DNA from: Lingula anatina
Lineage: Eukaryota; Animalia; Brachiopoda
DNA length: 64,000 nt
Direction of reading: 5' to 3'
NCBI GenBank assembly: GCA_051362555.1
Contig: CM120640.1
Span: 50,446,788-50,510,787, forward strand
Position 1 is the first letter of the stretch. Every line of letters begins with the position of its first letter. The translations under genes and the position numbers were made by a program. Below are positions 55,001 to 64,000 of the stretch, piece after piece. Below the pieces are notes generated by a model that saw only the letters and a list, made by a program, of their open reading frames with translations, was not told where the DNA came from and ran no database searches.

Positions 55001-55491
55001 ACAACAACATAATTGCTATATTTTTTTTTTTACATATTTTACACATAATTAAATCTTACTTTCAATTTGGATATGTCCACTGACACTAAGCTGCCTCTAG
55101 ATACCACATGAGATAAAGTTCAATGTTTGACATGTATGGTTTTAAACAATGCTGATAAGCAACTTGATATACAGAATGGATTGAAAATCGTATTGCACTT
55201 AAAAAAAAAAACTTACTGATTAATTTTTCAAAACAGATTTCCTGGTGGGTTTACTTAAAAAAAAATTCTGCCAGATCTCCCTCAACTGCTACAAAATCTA
55301 TTGTTTTACTTGAGGATATATAAATTAACTCAATTTTTTCACAATACAAAACATTTTAATAAAATTAATAAAATAACAAAATAACCAAATATACAAAAGA
55401 CTCACATACTAAGAGCAGAAAATGCAGGTAAATAAGGTTAAGAAATTCTCCACATAGTGCTGCTCTTTATTGAATTTCATAAATTTTTGTG

Positions 55492-57613
55492 TCATTTTTT
55501 CTTCTTTTCCTTTATATTTTTGACATTATAAGGAACTTGAAGCAACTTTGGGGCTGTATCCATTATTCTCAATAACATGGTATCTATGTAGTTTTCCATG
55601 TCTTTTATGTACTGATCTTTCTTAACTAACTGCTCCTTCTGGGACCACACAGTTTTGATTAAGTCCTGAAAGGAAAATTAAATAGCTGTTACAAGTAATC
55701 AGTGCTACACGTGCATCTGTGCACCTTCATTTATCTATCTAGAAAATAATTTACGGGAATATTAAGCCCATCCCATAAAGTTGCATCTGAAGCATTCATA
55801 GATTCCATGTTTCTTATACAACTCAAACAAAGTCATCATGTCAAGGAAAAAACCAAATAAATCACTATGTCTGCAAAAACAGCTTTAAAACTGCACCTTT
55901 TTCATATTTTTGGTCGTAAACCTGACCTTTTTCTCTGTCCTTCCAGTTTCTCAAATGACTTAGAAATGTATGATACAAAACTGCTGCATTCGCAATAGCA
56001 TAAAAATTTTTAATGAGGGCTGCTGAAAATGACCAAGGGTTATATATATAGCATATAGGAAGAACGCAGAAAATATCTGTTCAAATATTTTTTCGGGAGA
56101 TATGAGACTTTACCTTTAAGTTATGCTATTTGAAACTAAATGGCCGTATTTGTTGGGTTTAGTTAGAAAGATGTGATTTCATACGTAATTTTAAACAACA
56201 ACAAAAAACTTAAAATGTGGCAAAACCACTCTCACATATATGTATGTATATGATTGGGTGACTTCTTTTATGTTGAATTTCTTTTATTTATTAAAAAAAA
56301 TTATTACGTTTGATACACAGTGTGGATATTTATAAAATTTGGCCAATCTAAATGCAATATCCCAAGGCGGAATTACAGCCCTACTCATAAGTGTTTAGTG
56401 TTAAATGGCAGTCAGCAGTTGCATTACCTCTCTTGTCATGTGCTTGTACATGTCAATTACGTGTGCTGGTACAGTGTCATCTTTCCTCTCTTTAGCCCTC
56501 TGTTGATCCAGAAATTCCTGTACTCTGTCATACCTGCCCTCTTTCAGGTCTGCCTTTACTTCCTTGGGCACACAGCTACCATGGAGGGTATGGCGCTTGG
56601 AGTCTGAGATAAAAAAGTTAGGAAATAACAACCTAGTATTTGCCTTTAAGAATATTTTGATTGAAACCCACATAAGCAGACAAATGCAGTGGCAACATCA
56701 CAGACCAAAATGACAAGATTAAACGAGCTAACATTAATAAAAAGAATGCCGCATTAGGAACTTAAAACTTGGTATTCATAGTTGGGTCAATTTCAACCAG
56801 GAATCTTGGAATACAACAGCTGAGCAAAACTCACTAAACGCACATTGTAGAATACAGATGTTTCTTTTTATATGCAAGTATAATTCCCCCTTTTCTGCAT
56901 ACACCAGTGAGAGAGGTTCAGTTCTTAATTGCATTGTTAGTAACTACTAACTTAACCAGTATCTTTAAGATAAGTATAAGATAAGATAAGTATCTTATCA
57001 AGGTTTGCTGCTTTTACAGTAGAGCTTATTTTTACCAATAGCAAGAAGTAAGGTGAAAAACACTTCAGCTTACATGCAAGTATTGCTTTGTTAGCACCCC
57101 TGGTTTCCTGTGAGAATGTGTTGTTAAAGGTCTGATCACTTCCATCTGGGTCTTGCACATGGATAACTGGAACCACTGTCTTGTTCAAAAAATCTGTTGG
57201 AGAATCCTTGTGAATGTTGGTAACAGACTTGCTTAGCTCTTCAGATGGATTTCCTGTACCTGAATGTAATTCACATTGATGTGATGCACAGACAGTAGTA
57301 AGCAGTTAAGCTTAAGGCTTCATTCACATGCAATGTCTATTTTCTAAATTCTATTTTCTATTCGCGGTATGTCTTATGATCACGGTCTGTGCCCTGAATA
57401 TCCCGCGGCGTAATTACTGGCAGCTACTTAAAGTAACTATAAGTTACTTTAAGTAACTGGCTCGCGCTGCCAGTAATTACGCGGCGGGATATTCAGGGCA
57501 CAGACCGTGATCATAAGACATACCGCGAAAATAGATTTTTAGAAAATAGATTTTTAGAAAATAGACATTCCATGTGAACGAAGCCTAATTGTAAATGAAT
57601 AATACATACATCA

Positions 57614-57686
<73 letters not shown>

Positions 57687-59737
57687 CAATGGCTAAAATT
57701 ATTTACCACAGGCAAGCATTCACAGGAGTTGATCCAGGATTATTTGAAGGAGGGATCTGGTTTTTAGGAATGATAGACTGCGGATGTGAGGTCTGACCCT
57801 CGCCGCCACCCCCCCTCAGAGTGGGGTTCTGCTGAAGAGCCCCGAAAAAAAATGATATCTTAGAGGGCAAAGGGTGCCATTTGGTATGGTTTAGAACTAT
57901 GATTCAGCTTGTCAAAATTCTAATTTCAAGAGGGGACCATTGGTGTGATTTTTTTTTTCAGAAATCAAAGGGGCGGAGGGGGGGGGGGTCAGGACCCCCC
58001 TGACACCTCTCTAAATCTACCACTAATTCATGATAATTGCACACATATGAAATATGTACAAGCTATCTATATAAATGGACTTGCTATAAACTGTTTCAAA
58101 TGTTACAATGGCACAACGAGGTTAGCTTGTGTGACCACAGTATAGCTGTCCAACCAAGGGTTATATAGGTTGGATATCATATGCCTACATGCGTACCCTT
58201 GGTGTGTGAAGATGCTAATGAATTAAATTTTAAATACCCTAAAATGTATATCCTTTGATAATGTAATGGTAGATATTCAAGAGTTGCCTGACACCTCTCT
58301 AAATCTACCACTGATTCATGATAATTGCACACATATGAAATATGTACAAGCTATCTATATAAATGGACTTGCTATAAACTGGACTTGTACTTTTCAGAAC
58401 ATTATTTTGTCGGACCAAATAAGAAAATCTATCAGATTTTCAAAAATGCTCAAAATGCTCAAAATGGTTTTTGACCTGATGTCATACTTGAAATTAAAAT
58501 ATCATATTAAACATTTGTTTCTTACCAAATTTTAAAGACCACTCAGATCCAGAGTTACTCTCTGGGGCCCAGGAATATCTGTTTTTCTGACTTTTCTTAG
58601 GGGTGTCTTTACCATCAAGTGAGGAACACTTTCCTTTGTTGTGCAGTACTGGAACCTGGAAGTGAATTATTCCTATACATACAATATTAAATGCTGCTGC
58701 CTTTTAAATAAAAGTTCAGCCACTGCAATCCAAAGAAATCCAAGCAAATTCCTGGTGTCATGAGTTCATGTTTAAAAATAAATTCAGCTGACAAATGGGA
58801 CTCCTTGAATATAAAAAGAGGGTAACTCAAGAAAATTTATCTCTGATCTTCTTCACTGGGGATACATTCTAAACTTAAAAAAATATAAAATTTTAGTGTT
58901 AATCAACCCAAGGACAATGCAATACCCTAATTTTTATCCATCAAGTGCATTGTCTACATCTTAAAACACCAATACGGCTATAGGGACAAAAGAGTTACCT
59001 TGATCAGTTCTCTTGTCGGTGTGTTTGGAGTGGAGCTGTTTTCGTGGGATAAATCTGATAGTGATCCACTCTGGTACATACCATGTGTAGGCTAAAAAAG
59101 AAAAGGTAACTACTGTTAATATAACAAAGCATACTCCACAGCTCTAAAAGAATTATATGATTATTATATAACAGAGTACAAATTATTAAGTGGAACAAGT
59201 TGAACTTCATTTAAACATATGTACCCATTTTCATCACTCTTCTTTAACAATTAAGTCAACTTTATAGAATTTTCAGTGGATGCAAAACAATGAACACAGT
59301 TTATTAAATTCTGTCCGATGACAGCAGCATATCATGAAAACCTACAGACATCATTTGGAAATTAAGTTTAAACCATTCACAACAGCAAATGCTTGTCACG
59401 TATATCCCGGGGAGAATCTATTTGTGCCACTGGTGTGGCTACTTACAGTGTCATTTGGAGATATGTTAAAAGATGCCCTGACCGGCTGAGGTGAAGAAGA
59501 CAGAGATTTCTTGCTGCGGCTCTGACCAATTATGTCTAGTCTGCTGATTGACATTGTCCTGCTGGGGTGATTCTTAACTGACAACTTATCACCTAGAACA
59601 TATGTTGAAGGAATTCACAAAACCTAAATGGAATACTCTTAATGATAGCATCATAATTTCACTACAGCATCTGTCTCTTATTTGGTTATTGCAATAATCA
59701 AATCTGTCTTTTTCCCAGCACTGGTCTTAACAACACA

Positions 59738-59792
<55 letters not shown>

Positions 59793-62132
59793 TGCATCAA
59801 TCCCTCTTACCCACAGCCTGGGCCATGGCCTTTATGGAATCACTGGCTGATTTCTTTTTCTTTTTGCTGACATCTAACAAGCTGGTTGTTTTACTTAAAA
59901 CAATGAAACCGACTTTCACTTCAATCTCTCCCCGATATTTGTGCTTTTCTTTTTTGCCTGGTTTGCTGGATAATGCATACCAACTGAAACAAATTTAAAA
60001 ACTTAAAGAATGTTGGATTAGTTATATGATCAAATATATAAATGAAATGCATGGATTTAGAAGAAAGGTGATTGGATAACATAAATAAATAAATTAAACT
60101 ACAATTATACATGTGATTAAGCAGAAAATATCTCAGACTAAGATGAAGTCTACCTGCTCTTTGGTGCATCATAAACAGCCAGCTCATCCAGGCTAATTGT
60201 TACCTGACCTAAGAAGTCATCTAGGCCAACAAAGCTTCTATGGTAAACACTGATCACAACATGACTCTTGTCATTAGGGATTTGTCTGCAATTAACCAAT
60301 CAATCAATGAACTACTCAAGATTAACCAATCAATCTGACAAATAAATCCTCTTAGTCTGGCCACCATTCTAATGCATGATAGTAGTGGTTGATGACATTA
60401 TTTTACTGACCAACATCTAGCAATAGATTATGCACATCTGTAAATACATTATAAAGCAAAGATTAATAAAACATCATAGGTTATTTTGATAGTTGTGATT
60501 CTAATCAAGTATAATGCATTCCAATTTTTATGTGCTTACATTTCCTTTTATAGTTAAATAAACCTCGACTTACATAAATAATTGAATAAAGATAGGCTGG
60601 CAAAAATAATTACTAATCAGTACTTACTTTCAAACTGGTTAAAGGCATGAAAAAAAATTTCATTGCATTTTTTTGCTAATTTATATCTGATCTGACAAGA
60701 AAAGAAATCATTTGGCTTATGGAAAACCAGTACAAATACTCATATAGCAAAAAATTTGGTGCCCTAGGCAGAGTTTCAACACTAAATATCAAATGTTTTG
60801 TAAACTTACAAATCACATTCTTCATGCCATTCTGGATTTGATGTTTTAGTTTTCACTGAAGTTCTAAATTTTTCATCTCCAAGCTGAATGGTAGCAAAAG
60901 CATCACTTCCTGAAAGTAGATACATTGTACAACTAGAATACTACAACTCTCACTAAATGAAACAATGGCTAAAAAAATGTCAAGCACATCTACACTGATT
61001 AAACTGAACTTTCTTTCTCAAGTTATCAAATTCCAAGCTGTAGTCTTGAAAGTTAGGCCAAGCATTCATTTATGTCTTCATCATAATAAACATTAAATGG
61101 CTTGACCCCATGTCTGACAAAACTTTCCCTCTTAGAGTTCACCAGTAATTTTGATAGAACTCAATTTTTATTGTAAACAAATTACAAATTACATACACCA
61201 CCTGCTTCAGTTTGGTAAAACTGACTTTCCTTGGAAGTATCATTTTACAATGGAGTAACTACTAAACCGCCATAATGGTGAAAGTGAAGATTGATCAAAC
61301 ATATGTGTGTATGTGGGTAAGATTTTTTATGTTAAGTAAAGCAATGAGCCTATTTTACCTGTGGCATCATTGTGCCTCTGTAGATCAAAAATCTAAAGAG
61401 ATAGCTAAATACATGTACATGTGCTAAGGACAGGATGTTGACAATGAGACATTGCAAAACAATTCCTAATGGATGAGCCATCAGTTATCCACTAATGTTA
61501 GAGTAATTCAGAAAAGATTGCCTTTTCATAGGCTATTTAATTATTCATTGGTGCTTAATAAGTGACTCATTTCATTGTACTCCCCAATTTAACAAGAGGT
61601 GCTATATGTACAGTGTACATACACTGTATATACAAATGTTATCAAAATGCAGCAGCCAATAAACAACCTCACCTGTGTCAAATGTTTTGTGATTAAGTAT
61701 TAGCAAATGAGGAAAACTGTTCAGTTTATGTAAACACAAGTCAATATTCATTAATTTGGAAATGTCATACAGGTTATTTATTAAGGGGAAAACTGAAAAA
61801 AAAGCTTATCACGTTACTTACCTCCTTTAGTTTTGCACACAATGTTTCTAGCCCTGTGGACTGGAATAGTAAATCCAAAAAAATAATTTAGACTTCCATT
61901 AAAAAGGCTGAAAGTCACCTAATCTTATGTTAGCTGGGATGTACCGTGTACAGTATACTGGGTATTTATTATTATTATGCCCCCAAAAATGTAAACAGAG
62001 CACAAATGTCGAAGGCAAAACGAGTGGTAAATTTAAAAAAATCTTTATTATGAGCAAATAATGAAAAGGCATGTCATTAATAGTTGCATCCAATAACTTA
62101 CCAGTTATCTGAACATGAGTAGGGGTCCACAT
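55492..62132 (-). CDS. RAB11FIP: Rab11 family-interacting protein, class I (C2 domain + Rab11-binding domain; Rip11/FIP1/2/5-like)
   Basis: Exons 62132-62102, 61860-61822, 60909-60810, 60285-60154, 59983-59811, 59592-59447, 59091-58999, 58655-58526, 57259-57074, 56603-56428, 55665-55492. C2 domain MWTPTHVQITVHRARN...SDAFATIQLGDEKFRTSV...NPEWHEEC...GLDDFLGQV...WYAL..KPGK...YRGEIEV. RBD YIKDMENYIDTMLLRIMDTAPKLLQVP. Confidence 0.92.
57316..57585. mobile_element. Almost fully palindromic PIF/Harbinger (Tourist-like) MITE
   Basis: GGCTTC...GAAGCC termini, TAA on both flanks (57313-57315, 57586-57588), arms pairing over more than 100 bp. Confidence 0.85.
57616..57687. repeat. Compound (CT)n(CA)n microsatellite
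   Basis: Seen directly. Confidence 0.95.
57723..58025 (-). mobile_element. Second copy of the 16742-17021 MITE family, 5-bp TSD ATTCA
   Basis: Shared blocks gatccaggattatttgaa, gtcaaaattctaatttcaagaggg, ttttttcagaaa, ctctaaatc. attca at 57718-57722 and 58026-58030. Confidence 0.8.
59741..59791. repeat. (AAT)n microsatellite
   Basis: Seen directly. Confidence 0.9.
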
Positions 62133-62606
62133 ACTAACAAATTCTGAAGCAATCTTCGAAAGTTTTCACTGATCAAAGCTGTCATCTCGGCCTCGACTTC
62201 ACTGAATCAAGGACAGATACCTGATTGGTCTCGAAAATGATTTATCAAAATAGTTTAAGTTTAAAAGTATATAAATACGGCTAGAAGTGTAAAAAACAAT
62301 GGTATTATATCAAATAAACTTTTAAATATTTGTTATTCTTTAATTAAACTCATCTGATAAAATTTAGTAAACAACACCATTGAATTATTTTGACAAGATT
62401 TTGGGAACTAGTCACAAATAGAAGCATTTTGAGATTGCACGTCATGTTGAAGTTTTCCGCTATAACTTTATGATCCTGGTTCATATTTTGTTGCGCCCTT
62501 GGTTATTACGTTAGTCAACCTTTGTGAGTATTAGGATCTGATAAAAAAATCGCTGGTAGAAATTAAGTATACCCCAGTAAGTGCAAAAAACCTTTAATGC
62601 TACTAG

Positions 62607-62787
62607 CCCGGTGTGGCAGGAATGGTAGTATGGTAGTCCCAGGAACGAAAGTTCGGGGCTCCATATAATCAGTGTGATTAGTGCAGGTTAAGGTTAGTCG
62701 GAGTGTTATAAATGGGGCGTATATCACCCGTAAAAACTATGGTGCGGACTACAGTTCCTAGCGGAATACCATTCCTGTTACACCGGG
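62607..62787. mobile_element. MITE with CCCGGTGT...ACACCGGG TIRs
   Basis: ccggtgtggcaggaatggta versus taccattcctgttacaccgg. Confidence 0.75.
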
Positions 62788-62813
62788 TCCAGTATATACA
62801 TGTACTGTACATT

Positions 62814-63748
62814 CACGCTCGGCTGTCACCTTGATTGGATAGTAAACGATTGTCGTAAAATCGCTAAATGATATTAAAACCGGGTGCATAAACTTGAAAA
62901 CCACCTACAACAACCTTGGACTACCACATTAATCCAATACAATGCAAAAATAAACTATAACAAGTGGTTAAAGCCTTCAAACCGAATGTCGTAAAGTCCC
63001 CATATACCTCCATAGAGACAATAAAATAGAATGAGCTTCTGAAACAAACCTGATCCAGTTCCAACAGAATAATCGAAATAAAATACTGCCGGGCATCGGA
63101 GCGGCCTAAAACTTGGCACGCTTACCGCTAATACTGCAGGCTACATCATTCCGTCGCTCGTTTGTAAATTCCGTGCATGGCATACGCACAATCAAACCGT
63201 AAAAAACAAATTCTCGGGGTGTCGTTGGCTAGGTCCACGCAACAATCCAATTCAGGAAATGACGTAACCGCAGAGGTCGCATTGTCCAATGGCATGGCTT
63301 CTTTTTCGTAATGGTAGGTTAGAGTGGACCTGGCCAACGACACCCCGAGAATTTGTTTTTTACGGTTTGATTGTGCGTATGCCATGCACGGAATTTACAA
63401 ACGAGCGACGGAATGATGTAGCCTGCAGTATTAGCGGTAAGCGTGCCAAGTTTTAGGCCGCTCCGATGCCCGGCAGTATTTTATTTCGATTATTCTGTTG
63501 GAACTGGATCAGGTTTGTTTCAGAAGCTCATTCTATTTTATTGTCTCTATGGAGGTATATGGGGACTTTACGACATTCGGTTTGAAGGCTTTAACCACTT
63601 GTTATAGTTTATTTTTGCATTGTATTGGATTAATGTGGTAGTCCAAGGTTGTTGTAGGTGGTTTTCAAGTTTATGCACCCGGTTTTAATATCATTTAGCG
63701 ATTTTACGACAATCGTTTACTATCCAATCAAGGTGACAGCCGAGCGTG
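62814..63748. mobile_element. Foldback-type non-autonomous DNA transposon, 425-bp inverted arms, 8-bp TSD TGTACATT
   Basis: Arm 62814-63238 is the reverse complement of 63324-63748 (one mismatch seen, at 63230). 85-bp spacer. tgtacatt at 62806-62813 and 63749-63756. Confidence 0.93.
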
Positions 63749-63914
63749 TGTACATTGCACATGTATGAAATATCAGTTTTTTTACCCACCTGATGTCTCT
63801 TTAGGTGGGTAAGTACCTAATGGCACGAATTGTATGCGTACTGTCCAGTGTCAAAATGACCTCACACTTCACAGATTTAATTTTCCTTTTGTTAAATTTT
63901 TAGCAGTCGAGAAG

Positions 63915-64000
63915 ATGAAGTGCCATTATGAAGTCCTGGGTGTGTCCAGGGATGCTAATGCAGATGACATGAAAAGAGCATATCGAAAACTGGCCCTCCA
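63915..64000 (+). CDS. DNAJC21: DnaJ homolog subfamily C member 21, start of the J-domain (runs off the window)
   Basis: [28 protein letters not shown] matches the DNAJC21 N-terminus MKCHYEALGVRRDA...KKAYRKLAL. Preceded by a pyrimidine tract and an acceptor at 63902-63903. Confidence 0.8.
   Translation, partial: MKCHYEVLGVSRDANADDMKRAYRKLAL

Noticed and set aside
63146-63385. 79-aa ORF across the foldback loop as a transposase remnant
   Set aside because: No THAP, BED or DDE motif; consistent with chance.

Overview
AT-rich, intron-rich animal genomic DNA, probably an invertebrate (lophotrochozoan/mollusc-like is inference only). Genes were reconstructed by hand from GT-AG splice sites and protein motifs. 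In order: 3' half of PACSIN/syndapin (+), ARL1 (-), head-to-head with an RRM-zinc knuckle-RS splicing factor (+), an NRIP2/3-like retroviral-type aspartic protease-fold gene (+), GM2 activator (-), a small secreted Cys-rich protein (-), a nicotinic acetylcholine receptor alpha-type subunit (+), a cytosolic sulfotransferase (-) with an intronic Tc1 relic, NUPR1 (+), a class I Rab11-FIP (-) and the start of DNAJC21 (+). Many MITEs are present, plus a 935-bp foldback element with 425-bp near-perfect arms and an 8-bp TSD. Most notable: a duplicated alternative terminal exon in PACSIN predicting an SH3-less isoform; an SR protein resembling the 'plant-specific' RS2Z family, with a microexon and a candidate poison exon; a DSS pseudo-protease; an nAChR lacking two ACh-binding tyrosines; a sulfotransferase apparently missing its RKG exon; and the foldback. 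I found no CRISPR array, rRNA or tRNA, and no clearly new multi-gene system. All homology calls are from recalled motifs, not database searches.
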